The notes below the pieces were generated by a model, which had not been told where the DNA came from, ran no database searches, and saw only the letters and a program-made list of their open reading frames with translations. From Pyrodictium abyssi (GTDB taxonomy: Archaea > Thermoproteota > Thermoprotei_A > Sulfolobales > Pyrodictiaceae), in NCBI RefSeq assembly GCF_036323395.1, contig NZ_AP028907.1:1530001-1562000 (forward strand): a DNA stretch of 32,000 nucleotides, in the 5' to 3' direction. Positions 1-9,251 of the stretch are shown here, in pieces (the first letter of the stretch is position 1; each line of letters starts with the position of its first letter). Both the position numbers and the translations under genes were made by a program.

Positions 1-645
1 CACGACGACAGCTGTAGTGGCTATATCGAGGCTCGGTAGAACGGTCTTTACGTCAACTGCATGGTGGCTTGGAAGCTTAGCAGGATTCGGGACAATGGCG
101 TTGACAGGGCCGCGCTTCACTTCCTTAGGGTCTGATGCGCGGCGTACTATGGTTGCCCTAACCTTCTTTATTTTAGCTATCTTAGATAGGGCACATATGC
201 TCCTTAGGAGGCCAGTAGTATTGCATGAGACTACGCGCACGCTTTTCTTGCCTAGTGCCTCCTCGTAGTTGCAGAACGTGTTGAAGGATACTTCGGCTAC
301 TTCTGGCTTCTCACCGCCCTGGAATATGGCTTTCACGCCAAAGCGCTCATATACATGCTTATACTCCTTTCCAACACCGCCGGGTGTTGCGTCTACTACG
401 ACATCTACCTTCTCGAGAAGGTCTTCGAGAGACCCCTCTACCGGTATGCCCTTCTCCCTGAAGGCGTCTAGCCGGTCGCTTGGCGCGTATAGGGGTATGC
501 CGCTGGATACCGCGTACTTAGCTACGTAGTCCGGTTTGGTCTTCACTACACCGGCCAGCTCCATGTCGGGTTGCTTCGATATGGCTTCGGCTACGCGCTT
601 GCCTATTGTGCCAAACCCGTTTACAGCAACACGAATACGAGCCAC
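1..645 (-). CDS. gap: Glyceraldehyde-3-phosphate dehydrogenase, archaeal type (C-terminal part outside window)
   Basis: Reverse-strand reading from GTG at 645 gives [54 protein letters not shown]...[58 protein letters not shown], the archaeal GAPDH NAD-binding fold with the catalytic SCNTTGL motif. Frame is open to the window edge. Confidence 0.95.
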   Translation of the reverse strand, partial: [215 protein letters not shown]

Positions 646-758
646 GATGCAGCACCTCATGAGCCGTGTCTCACAGCTGGTTCGGGGAATGCATACTCGA
701 GTACGGGGCGCTGGGCCCAGGTAACAGAGCCTAGGGGAGTGTGAGATAAAGAAGAGCC

Positions 759-2027
759 CTAGCCTGTTAGTTGGCTGAAGAACTTCTCAGCGGACTTGGC
801 TAACGCGGTTAGGCCGGGTAGGTCCTCGCCAGCAAGGAACAGCAGAAGCGCTCCGCCGCCGGTGCTTATGTGAAGGTTAGGCCTTCCAGCTAGTCCTAGC
901 TCGGCTATGATGCTGTTGAGGTGGCCGCCTCCGACTATTACGTAGGCGTTGCTCTCTATAGCAGCGCGTACAAGCTCCCTACTCCCCTCGCGGAATCGTG
1001 GATCTTCTATAACGCCAGCAGGCCCCCTCATAACTATCAGTCGTGCCTCCTTCATTATCTCTGTGTACATCTTCACTGTCTGAGGGCCGATGTCCTTAAT
1101 GACGCCCTTTATGTGGCCGATTGTTTCGACCTCTATGTGGTCGTCTACAAGGGTTCGGAAGTCTACAGGGGTCTCTATGGGGAGTCCTCGTAGTAGCAGG
1201 CGTCTGGCACGCGGTAGGAGGGACAACAAGCCCTTAGCCTCTAGTACCCGGAGATTCGCCTCGCCGATATTGATGCCCTTCGCCACCATGAACAGTTCTG
1301 CGACAAGGCCTGTAGCGAGTATCCTGTCCACAGCACCATTGCTGTGGAGGTGCTCTAATATACGTAGCGTGTCGTGAACCTTTCCACCGCCTAGTACAAA
1401 CACACGTGGCCTCTCCTCGGGGTTGTATAGCTTGGATAGCGCGGTTAGCTCCCTCTCCATGACGCGGCCGGCTGCCGAGGGTAGCCTCATGGGGAATCCT
1501 ACTATGCTGGGCTGGCTCCTATGCGCTGTAGCAAAAGCGTCGTTCACGTAGTAGTTGAATAGAGGTGCTAGCCTCGTAACAAATATGCTCTCGGCGTGCT
1601 TCTCCGGAGTCGCCTCAATGATCTCCTCGGAGACCAAACGCGTATTGTCTAGGAGCAGGACCTCGCCAGGCTGGAGGCTCTTTATAGCCTCGCGGGCTGC
1701 CGGCCCTATAACGTCGTCGATAAAGCGTACCGGTAGACCTGTATGCTTCTCTAAGAGTTCAGCATGCTTACCTAGGCTTACGAAGTCGCTGTCGCCGGGC
1801 CTTCCCTGATGCGACATAGCTACAACAGCAGCGCCCCGCTCCACAAGCTCGCGTACCGTCACAGCATGGGCACGTATCCGGCTATCGTCTAAGATATCCT
1901 TGGTCTCTGGGTCTATAGGACTGTTAATGTCTATCCTTAGCAGTATCTTGGAGCCCTTAATACCAAAATACTTGTCAATATCGTCGATGGTTGGTATGAG
2001 GTGCTTGTTGCGTAAGCTGCACGGCAA
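759..2027 (-). CDS. pgk: Phosphoglycerate kinase
   Basis: 422 aa ORF with RIDINSPIDPETKDILDDSRIRAH, MSHQGRPGDSDFVSL and GGGHLNSIIAELG...HISTGGGALLLFLAGEDLPGLTAL, all PGK signatures. Directly upstream of gap. Confidence 0.97.
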   Translation of the reverse strand: MPCSLRNKHLIPTIDDIDKYFGIKGSKILLRIDINSPIDPETKDILDDSRIRAHAVTVRELVERGAAVVAMSHQGRPGDSDFVSLGKHAELLEKHTGLPVRFIDDVIGPAAREAIKSLQPGEVLLLDNTRLVSEEIIEATPEKHAESIFVTRLAPLFNYYVNDAFATAHRSQPSIVGFPMRLPSAAGRVMERELTALSKLYNPEERPRVFVLGGGKVHDTLRILEHLHSNGAVDRILATGLVAELFMVAKGINIGEANLRVLEAKGLLSLLPRARRLLLRGLPIETPVDFRTLVDDHIEVETIGHIKGVIKDIGPQTVKMYTEIMKEARLIVMRGPAGVIEDPRFREGSRELVRAAIESNAYVIVGGGHLNSIIAELGLAGRPNLHISTGGGALLLFLAGEDLPGLTALAKSAEKFFSQLTG

Positions 2028-2179
2028 TAAGACTCCCGGGTGCTAGGACGCACTACTGGGGGCGGAAGGTAATAAGGGAAAATGCTCAGACACCTAGCAA
2101 ACCAGGGCGCTGAGGAAATACCCCGGGATCGAGCCGAGGAGCTGCAACTGGTGACGAAGTGGTCCTTCGCCGAGCCCCA

Positions 2180-4864
2180 CTACTTCCCGCCTACAGCAGT
2201 TACTGTATCGCTGCCAGACTGTTTTATCCGCTCGGCTAGCAGTGTCATAACCCGGTTGTGGAGCTCTACTAGCATCTTCTTACGGTCCTCCATGAGCACT
2301 ATGTCGCTGTAGCCGCGCACCACTATGTGGTGGGCGAACGGGCTCGGGACGCTGGTTGGGCCGAAGAAGCTTACCTCGACGTCGCCATCGTGTATCCACT
2401 TTAACACTAGCTTCGCGTTCTCTATGTCCATGTAGTCTTCTAGTATCTCGCGGTAGGCCTCCCGGAGCAGGGGGAAGCCGGGTATACGCTTAACAGCCTC
2501 AAGCAGTGTTTGAGCGTTTAGCTGGAGTGTATGGGGGTCGCGTGTGCGGCTACGGTAGCGGCGCAGGAGCATAAAGCCCCGCTCGGCACAGTGCCTGAAC
2601 CGTCTCTTCAGTAGCTCTGTGTTCCGGAGGACGCTTCTGAGTATACTCTCTATATTGTCGGGCTTAACGCTGTAGACTAGCTGCCTTAGGTCTATGCCAT
2701 CTCGTATTCCTGGCACTGTGAGCATGAATGCGTTATCGGTAACAGTGACTCGGACGTTCGAGCCTATCATGGATGATAGCCTGTACGCGTAAGCCCTGGA
2801 GAGCGCGTCGTTAACCCTTCTACCGAATAGTGTATGGAATATCACTGATGTTGTCTCCTCTTCGTAGTCGTGGTATAGCTCCACGAGTATGAGCTTATCG
2901 CTTGGCACGAGACCGTCGGTGAACAGGTACTGTTCGAGAACATAATCGTATATGTTTTCGGCTGCATGTACTTCGAGGTTGTAGTTGGAGGCTATGAGCT
3001 CCACAGCCTTGCTTCTCGGCAGGCCCTGGCGTATCATGTCTGCTATCCATCGGCGGAAGGCGCCTACGAGTAGGGCGGAGTCGAATGCTAGTGGTAGCAT
3101 CTCGGAGAACCAGCTTGGCACAGTCGGTCTCTGGCCCTCGGCGGGCTTTACGTATACCCTCATGCCCTCGGAGCGTATGAACTCGTAGGTGCGGCCACCC
3201 AGTACGAAGATGTCTCCGGGGCCTAGTATCTGTACAAACGCCTCTTCGAGGTCTCCTACATATCTGCCGTCCAGTGTGTATACACGTATCTTAACCTCGT
3301 CCGGTATAGTGCCGCTGTTCAGGTAGTATATCATGCGCGATCCACGGCGCCTACCGAACACGCCTTCTTCCTCGTCAAGCCATATCTTTGCGTAGACCTT
3401 GTGCTCCTCTAGGCCGTACTTTCCTGCCAAGAACCGGAGCACTGCCATAAAGTCCTCAAAGGAGAGTGTATGGAAGGTGTAGCTCCTCTTAACCAGCCGG
3501 TAAGCCTCATCTATGCTCCACTTCTTCTCAATAGCCATCCCGACTATGTGCTGAGCTAATACGTCGAGAGGGTTGCGTGGTATATGCACACGGTCTATCT
3601 TCCTCTCCATCCCAGCTTTAGCGAGCACCGTGCATTCGACGAGGTCGTCTCGGTCAACGACTATGATGCGGCCCTTACTAACCTGGCGTATATGGTGTCC
3701 GGCCCGCCCTATCCTCTGCAGCATACGTGAAACGCTCTTAGGACTACTCAGTAGTACCACCAGGTCTATATAGCCTATGTCTATGCCGAGCTCGAGGCTG
3801 GTAGATGATACAACTACTTTGAGTTCGCCCTTCTTGAGCTTCTCCTCCACAGAGAGCCTTACATCGCGGCTAAGGCTGCTATGATGTGCCTCTATCTCAT
3901 CCATGTCGGCTATGCCTTCCTCCTTGAGTATCTTCTTAAGCTTATACACGACTCTCTCAGTGGCGCTACGCGTGTTAGTAAATATCAATGTAGTACGGTG
4001 CTCGCGTATCAGCTTCGCTAAGAGGCGGTAAATAGCCTCATTGACGACCTCAGCTGGAGTATGTATCAGGTCCTTCACCGGGCACAAGACCCTAATGTCT
4101 ATGGGCTTTGCAAACCTCGCGTCGACTATCATGCAGTTACGTGGCTCGCCAGTATCCTGGTATCCCACAAGGAACTTGGCGACCTCTTCAAGCGGTGCTA
4201 TCGTCGCCGAGAGTCCTATGCGCTGAAGCTTGCCTCCAGTAGCGTAGTCTAGCCTCTCAATCGACAGACTTAGATGGGAGCCCCTCTTGCTAGAGGCTAG
4301 CTCGTGAATCTCGTCAACTATTATCCACCTTGTGGTGCTAAGCCTCTCGCGGAACTTAGGCGCAGCAAGCGCTATGGCAAGGCTCTCCGGCGTCGTTATC
4401 AGGATATGCGGCGGGCTACGCGTCATCTTCTGCTTCTCTGAAGGCGGTGTATCACTGGTGCGAACGGCTACTCTGATCTCGGGGAGATCGATCCCCATCT
4501 CTTCTGCTGTCTTCCTTATGCCCTCAAGGGGCTGTAGGAGATTACGCCACATGTCATTGTTGAGTGCACGGAGTGGCGACACGTACACTACATAGATCTG
4601 GTTCTCAAGCCTTCCCTCCTCCGCTAGCTTATAGAGCTCGTCTATTATGCCAAGGAATACTGCCAGTGTCTTGCCAGTCCCGGTGGGCGAGGAGACGAGA
4701 ACATTATAGCCCTTCTTTATCAGTGGTATAGCGCACCGCTGTGGAACGGTAAAACTGCCATACCTTCTACGGAACCATTCTGCGACATAGGGTCGTAGCA
4801 GCCGGTACACCTCGTCATCGCTTGGACAGTTATTGACGCGCGTTATTGTCAACCCGTGTAACAC
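2180..4864 (-). CDS. lhr: Large helicase-related (Lhr-family) ATP-dependent helicase
   Basis: 894 aa with Walker A VLVSSPTGTGKTLA, DEIH box, SATIAPLEEVAKFL, TSLELGIDIGYIDLVVLLSSPKSVSRMLQRIGRAGH; Lhr-type helicase core plus winged-helix/Lhr core extension. GTG start at 4864. Confidence 0.9.
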   Translation of the reverse strand: MLHGLTITRVNNCPSDDEVYRLLRPYVAEWFRRRYGSFTVPQRCAIPLIKKGYNVLVSSPTGTGKTLAVFLGIIDELYKLAEEGRLENQIYVVYVSPLRALNNDMWRNLLQPLEGIRKTAEEMGIDLPEIRVAVRTSDTPPSEKQKMTRSPPHILITTPESLAIALAAPKFRERLSTTRWIIVDEIHELASSKRGSHLSLSIERLDYATGGKLQRIGLSATIAPLEEVAKFLVGYQDTGEPRNCMIVDARFAKPIDIRVLCPVKDLIHTPAEVVNEAIYRLLAKLIREHRTTLIFTNTRSATERVVYKLKKILKEEGIADMDEIEAHHSSLSRDVRLSVEEKLKKGELKVVVSSTSLELGIDIGYIDLVVLLSSPKSVSRMLQRIGRAGHHIRQVSKGRIIVVDRDDLVECTVLAKAGMERKIDRVHIPRNPLDVLAQHIVGMAIEKKWSIDEAYRLVKRSYTFHTLSFEDFMAVLRFLAGKYGLEEHKVYAKIWLDEEEGVFGRRRGSRMIYYLNSGTIPDEVKIRVYTLDGRYVGDLEEAFVQILGPGDIFVLGGRTYEFIRSEGMRVYVKPAEGQRPTVPSWFSEMLPLAFDSALLVGAFRRWIADMIRQGLPRSKAVELIASNYNLEVHAAENIYDYVLEQYLFTDGLVPSDKLILVELYHDYEEETTSVIFHTLFGRRVNDALSRAYAYRLSSMIGSNVRVTVTDNAFMLTVPGIRDGIDLRQLVYSVKPDNIESILRSVLRNTELLKRRFRHCAERGFMLLRRYRSRTRDPHTLQLNAQTLLEAVKRIPGFPLLREAYREILEDYMDIENAKLVLKWIHDGDVEVSFFGPTSVPSPFAHHIVVRGYSDIVLMEDRKKMLVELHNRVMTLLAERIKQSGSDTVTAVGGK

Positions 4865-4899
4865 CCTCTCTCCACTCAGCGGCCTTTACCCTCCTAGCC

Positions 4900-4923
4900 A
4901 GTGTAGTACCGGTGTAGTACACC
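4900..4923. promoter_or_regulatory. Operator-like site: perfect 13-bp palindrome GGTGTAGTACACC (4911-4923) preceded one helical turn upstream by an imperfect copy (GTGTAGTAC at 4901-4909 and 4912-4920)
   Basis: Read directly from the sequence ..AGTGTAGTACCGGTGTAGTACACC..; lies just upstream of TATA-like CTTAATTTT (4931-4939) and the RHH regulator gene. Confidence 0.5.
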
Positions 4924-4981
4924 CCTAGGGCTTAATTTTGAAGCCGTATACCCCCTCTAAGCATACGGTCCGGGGGATAAG

Positions 4982-5185
4982 TTGCCTCAGACAATCATAG
5001 TGACGTTTAAAGCGCCCGCAGAACTTGTTGAAAGGCTAGACGAGCTAGTCCGTACAGGAGTGTTCAGAAACCGCAGCGAAGCATTACGCCACGCGCTCGT
5101 CATACTAATAAACCGGTACAGGGGTGAAGAGTTTGCCAGCGAGGCTCTCCGAGGAGGAAATAAAGACGCTCTACAAGTTACGTGA
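4982..5185 (+). CDS. Ribbon-helix-helix (CopG/NikR-like) transcriptional regulator, 67 aa
   Basis: [46 protein letters not shown] is a typical RHH N-terminal beta strand, helix and RSEALR helix. GGGGG Shine-Dalgarno-like run upstream of the TTG start. Confidence 0.85.
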   Translation: MPQTIIVTFKAPAELVERLDELVRTGVFRNRSEALRHALVILINRYRGEEFASEALRGGNKDALQVT

Positions 5186-5450
5186 GATAATAGTGAAGTT
5201 CAACTCCGACGAGTTGAAAGTGTTCAGCTATGTGTGGGATAACATATCTGTTGGCGAGATACTGTTTGAGCGAGATCTGAACCAGATACATGGCGTCAAT
5301 AAGCCTATTCTTGCGGCAGCGTCGCTTAGAGAGAAGGGAGTTATAGAGCGTGGAGAAGGCTGCTACAACCTAGCACGCTGGCTGCGCCCCCTGCGGAAAA
5401 AGATAGGCAGTTTCCAGGACCTCCGCCTCCTGCTAGACAAGCTCCCTTAG
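5124..5450 (+). CDS. Small winged-helix/HTH-like protein, 108 aa
   Basis: Protein-like ORF ([59 protein letters not shown]) in the same orientation, overlapping the RHH gene by 62 nt in another frame. wHTH assignment is by pattern only. Confidence 0.65.
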   Translation: MKSLPARLSEEEIKTLYKLREIIVKFNSDELKVFSYVWDNISVGEILFERDLNQIHGVNKPILAAASLREKGVIERGEGCYNLARWLRPLRKKIGSFQDLRLLLDKLP

Positions 5451-5497
5451 ACACTGCGGAGCCCGGGCTCAATGCAAGGCAGCGTCTATGAAAAGCC

Positions 5498-6163
5498 GTG
5501 CATAGGATAGTTACAGCACCGGCAGGGGTGCGTCTCGTGGCTATTGTAGGCGAGCTTTACAGGATTAAGCAGCGGGACTTCAGCGAAAAACTGCGGGAGA
5601 TGACAGACCCGCGTATAATCTACGTAACAGATCTTGTCTCTTGTAGCTATAAGCGCAGTATGAGGCTGGCTTTTCCCCTGATGAGTTTCCGCTTCGAGCC
5701 ACCCCTAGTCCTCGGCGATCTAGTGCATGCTGGCTTGGGCTCCCTCCTCTCGGAACATGGATGGGAGACGGAGGTACCTGTGGAGGAGAAGTATAGTATC
5801 GACGGAGAGGAGTACATACTCAAAGGACGTATAGACCTATTGAAGCGCGGCGAGGATGGAAAACCGGAGACGATAGTAGAGGTGAAGACGTCGCGCGAGC
5901 TGCCAGAGAATAGCCCACGCGAACACCATGCCATGCAGCTACGAATATACATGCAGCTAACGGGTGCTAGCCGCGGGTACCTACTATATGTTACGCCGGA
6001 GAGGCTCGTGGAATTCGAGATAGAGCCGTCCAGCATAAATATAGAGAATCTGATAAGAGAGACAGTCTACAACCTCCAGGCGCCGCGCTATGACTGGGAG
6101 TGCAGGTACTGTAACTACCGAAAAATATGCCCCTATGCTAGAACGGGTAAACGCATGGCATAG
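5498..6163 (+). CDS. Cas4-like RecB-family (PD-(D/E)XK) exonuclease with putative Fe-S cluster, stand-alone
   Basis: VSCSYKRSMRLAFP (first Cys), HAGLGSLL, ILKGRIDLL, TIVEVKTSREL, MQLRIYMQLTGA, and C-terminal CRYCNYRKICP: the 1+3 cysteine pattern and all nuclease motifs of Cas4/DUF83. Confidence 0.85.
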   Translation: MHRIVTAPAGVRLVAIVGELYRIKQRDFSEKLREMTDPRIIYVTDLVSCSYKRSMRLAFPLMSFRFEPPLVLGDLVHAGLGSLLSEHGWETEVPVEEKYSIDGEEYILKGRIDLLKRGEDGKPETIVEVKTSRELPENSPREHHAMQLRIYMQLTGASRGYLLYVTPERLVEFEIEPSSINIENLIRETVYNLQAPRYDWECRYCNYRKICPYARTGKRMA

Positions 6164-6194
6164 CTTGGACAGTGTATAGCAGCGGTGCAGGTAC

Positions 6195-6926
6195 ATGCCC
6201 CTTCTTAGGCTTAAAGGAGACCTACATATGCACAGTACATTCAGTGATGGCCGGAACAGCCCCGAAGAAATACTACTAGCAGCCGTAGAGAAAGACCTCG
6301 ACGTGATATCGATAACAGACCATGACACTTTCTCCGGGGCGCTTAGAGCACTAAAATCGGCTAAGAGCATGCAGCTCGATCTAGTTGTAATCGTGGGCGC
6401 CGAGATACGCACAACGGCAGGAGACATACTGGTGTACTGCAGCGATTCTCCACCTGACGCGGTTCCACGCGACCCGTTCGAGCTAGCTGACGCGGCACAT
6501 GAGCACGGCTGCATAGTTGTTCCAGCACATCCATTCGATGCCAGGAGAAAAGGTATCGGCAAACTAGTATACGACGGCCAATGGGACGCGATAGAGGTAT
6601 ACAATGCCTATAGCGATCCCTTCTCGAACCACAAGGCAGAGCAGGCAGCGCGGGAGCTAGGCATACCCGGTATAGCTAATAGTGATGCACACGTTGCCAG
6701 TGCCATCGGCTCCGCCTACAATATAATAGAAGTTGGCGACAGGAACGCGGATAGCGTAATAGATGCAATCAAAACTGGTAGGGTGAGGCCGGTCTACGGT
6801 AGGCCAAGCTTCTCAGCAATAGCCTCGACTCTTGCATGGAGCATAGAGCGTAGGATAAAGAGGAGGCGCGGGCCGAGCCGGCTAGACTACATAGATGACG
6901 AGGACTACGGAGCGTACACGTTCTAG
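6195..6926 (+). CDS. PHP-domain metal-dependent phosphoesterase
   Basis: LKGDLHMHSTFSDGRNSPEEILLAAVEKDLDVISITDHDTFSGALRAL ... HPFDARRKGIG ... ANSDAHVASAIG: PHP motifs. Confidence 0.9.
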   Translation: MPLLRLKGDLHMHSTFSDGRNSPEEILLAAVEKDLDVISITDHDTFSGALRALKSAKSMQLDLVVIVGAEIRTTAGDILVYCSDSPPDAVPRDPFELADAAHEHGCIVVPAHPFDARRKGIGKLVYDGQWDAIEVYNAYSDPFSNHKAEQAARELGIPGIANSDAHVASAIGSAYNIIEVGDRNADSVIDAIKTGRVRPVYGRPSFSAIASTLAWSIERRIKRRRGPSRLDYIDDEDYGAYTF

Positions 6927-8062
6927 AACTCTGGTGGCTCAACATAGTCAAGTACTCTGTCCCGCGCCTTCTCGAGCCTCCTCTGATGCTCCTCAAGGAA
7001 CTTCGCAAGCAGCTCTGCAGCATACTGCTTGTCGGGCCCACACAGTAGGCGTCCTTCCTTACACTCACTGTATATCCTAGCTAGCTCTCTATCGTCCTGC
7101 AGGAGATGGTACACGTAGAACTCGTATATGGTGCAGTTCTCGGGTACTCCGCCTAGCCTACGCTGCTCTTCGACAGTGGCTCTTCCACCTGTTAGTGCGC
7201 GTTTGAGTTTACGCACGGCGACATCCACGGGGTCTGATAGGAATATGGTGTAGTCTGGCCTTGAGCTGCTCATCTTGTTCCCGTCGAGGCCAGTCTGGAA
7301 CCGGTGATACGTCGATGCTGGACGCCTCAGCCCTAGCTCGTTCTCAAACCTATCCGCTATGTCCCTTGTGAACCTTATGTGCGGATCCTGGTCAGCTCCA
7401 ACCGGGACTACCACGTACTTGAACCCGCCAAAGTACTCTAGCTGTGGATGCAGTATATCGGCCGCCTGCGTCAATGCTGCTACTACCTTCCCTGGCTCCA
7501 GGTCCCCGTAGATTGCCTCCATCTCGGCCATGGTTATCTTCCGTGAGAACATCTGGATTAGCCGATAGTATGGCTTCTCGTAGTTCGTCTGGAAGTATAT
7601 GTGCGTATGCTTGTTCTTTTCGAGGCCTAGGGCTATGAGGTTAGCTACGTACTCGTATAGGCCTATCTCTATTACCTTCTTCCGGTCTAGTTTCCTGACA
7701 GCGTACGCCTCGGCGTCGGCTATCACAATGAATATCTCGAAGCCCAGTTTCTGGTAGTATATTATCTGGTCTGCGACCATCTTGTGTCCGAAGTGGAACT
7801 TGCCGCTCGGCATAAACCCGGTTACAAGGGCTACACGTTCTCCGGACTTGTACGCCTCTAGTATCTTGTCGTAGTCTCTATGCCCGAAGATGACGCCGCG
7901 CCGCATAAGGTGTAGAGGATCGCCAAATACCTGGCTAACACGTGGTAGAACCTCCTGGAAGGGCTTTATACCGAAGTAGCGGAACAGCTTATCATACTCT
8001 AGCTTGACTGCCGACGCCCAAGGGTCTAGCCTTACTGGCTTCTCCTCCACAATAACTCCCAC
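6923..8062 (-). CDS. trpS: Tryptophanyl-tRNA synthetase
   Basis: 379 aa; MPSGKFHFGHKMVADQIIYYQ (HIGH-like), VVPVGADQDPHIRFTRDIADR, GNKMSSSRPDYTIFLSD (KMSKS-like): archaeal/eukaryal type TrpRS. GTG start at 8062. Confidence 0.95.
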   Translation of the reverse strand: MGVIVEEKPVRLDPWASAVKLEYDKLFRYFGIKPFQEVLPRVSQVFGDPLHLMRRGVIFGHRDYDKILEAYKSGERVALVTGFMPSGKFHFGHKMVADQIIYYQKLGFEIFIVIADAEAYAVRKLDRKKVIEIGLYEYVANLIALGLEKNKHTHIYFQTNYEKPYYRLIQMFSRKITMAEMEAIYGDLEPGKVVAALTQAADILHPQLEYFGGFKYVVVPVGADQDPHIRFTRDIADRFENELGLRRPASTYHRFQTGLDGNKMSSSRPDYTIFLSDPVDVAVRKLKRALTGGRATVEEQRRLGGVPENCTIYEFYVYHLLQDDRELARIYSECKEGRLLCGPDKQYAAELLAKFLEEHQRRLEKARDRVLDYVEPPEF

Positions 8063-8195
8063 CCAGGCCCTGCATCAACTGGTAATGCTCCAGCGGCAAA
8101 TCGCATATAGAGTCTTTACTATTAAGCGTGATGCTGGTTCTCTGGGACGGCTACGGGCTGTAGGTGTGCAGGTACCGGGGAACGGTGGCTGAGTT

Positions 8196-9116
8196 GTGGT
8201 AGAGATAATAGAGTTTAACGATGTACGCGACGCCGTAGAGAGAATAGCTAGTAAGCTCCCATTAGTCGATGAGAAGCTCAGACTTCTCGTCGAGCGAAAC
8301 ATTGGTATAAAGCGTGTCACAAATCATGTAGCTTCTCCCGACCCGGTGTATGCTGTAGACTCCGCCTTTCCACGCTCGCCGCTCGACTTAGTAGGCATGT
8401 CGATGAGCATCGTGGCTGTGGCGGTGGCCAAGTATTCCCGCGGTAGGACAAGGGTCAAACGTACTAGAAGAATACTCGTTGAATTCCTCGGAGAACTAGA
8501 CCAGGACTATGTGGCGGCATTTGCTAGGCTTGAGGAGCGCCGGCACGCGTTAAACACTATGGATGAAGCCGAGCTGCTAGTAATTGATGGAGAAATTCTC
8601 CCACGTCGCGGTAGCTCGGAGCTCTGGGCTAACGTAGAGTCTCTGAGCATAATGCTTGTCAAAGAACTACTCCGCAGGGGTGTGCCAGTAGTAGGCGTGC
8701 TTAAACGGAGCTATTCAAAGCACATAGCGGGTATGATAGGTGTGCCTCTTAGTGATAAGGCTATTGCATCGCTTGTGCTGCGCCGGGGAGAATTTATCGA
8801 GGTTACACACAATCGAGAGCAGCTAGCCAAGCTAGGATGTAGGATAGTCTTCTACAAGCCGTTACGAGGATTTGCGGAGGCTGTAAAGCTGGAAGTATGT
8901 AGCAGACAGGTGCCGGTAGACGACGTGGTAGCCGTCCTGGCTAGGGAGGCCGGCCCTACTGGGCTACCATGGATGATAGACCTGGTCGACTCTGTGGTTA
9001 AGAAGGAGGTTGCTCATATAGGTGCTGTGCATAGCCTTCTCCTCGCTAGGCTAGCTCGCGGCAGGAGGCATACCCTAGCATACCATACGAATCCGCAGGA
9101 GAAGAACCGTGCCTAG
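8196..9116 (+). CDS. NurA-domain nuclease-like protein
   Basis: VYAVDSAFPRSPLDLVGMSMSIVAVAV, AELLVIDGEILPR, VPVVGVLKRSYSKHI, RGFAEAVKLEV, GPTGLPWMIDLVDSVVKKEV: order and spacing of NurA motifs (N-terminal Asp motif, DGS/E, VKRS, GxP). Assigned by pattern, no search. Confidence 0.6.
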   Translation: MVEIIEFNDVRDAVERIASKLPLVDEKLRLLVERNIGIKRVTNHVASPDPVYAVDSAFPRSPLDLVGMSMSIVAVAVAKYSRGRTRVKRTRRILVEFLGELDQDYVAAFARLEERRHALNTMDEAELLVIDGEILPRRGSSELWANVESLSIMLVKELLRRGVPVVGVLKRSYSKHIAGMIGVPLSDKAIASLVLRRGEFIEVTHNREQLAKLGCRIVFYKPLRGFAEAVKLEVCSRQVPVDDVVAVLAREAGPTGLPWMIDLVDSVVKKEVAHIGAVHSLLLARLARGRRHTLAYHTNPQEKNRA

Positions 9117-9178
9117 ACCTAAGCTTAGAGCCGGGAGCGCGCCATAGGCAATGCGGCAGATATGGTGATTGTGTGAGG

Positions 9179-9251
9179 TGTTTGCCCCCGACCCCCAGCC
9201 GTGAGGATCCGCCGCTCATCCCGGAGGGAGCTGGCTGCGCCCCCTCGGGGC
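9179..9251 (-). ncRNA. Candidate GC-rich small RNA, possibly H/ACA-type (strand uncertain)
   Basis: 77 of 97 bases at 9184-9280 are G/C in an intergenic gap. On the minus strand GCCCCGA (9251-9245) can pair with TCGGGGGC (9191-9184, one-base bulge), CAGCC (9237-9233) with GGCTG (9200-9196), followed by an ACA (9181-9179) 14 nt after the upper stem. Confidence 0.3.

Noticed and set aside
921-1193. 90-aa plus-strand ORF antisense to pgk (and 1090-1377, 1555-1809)
   Set aside because: Lies wholly within the strongly supported pgk gene; composition looks like a shadow of the opposite codon pattern.
5647-6604. Minus-strand ORFs of 129 and 206 aa opposite the Cas4-like and PHP genes
   Set aside because: Opposite two proteins with clear family motifs; Ser-rich shadow composition.
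8128-8192. GTGATGC ... CTGA stretch upstream of the NurA-like gene considered as a C/D sRNA
   Set aside because: Imperfect C box, no convincing C'/D', and it coincides with the likely promoter and leader region.
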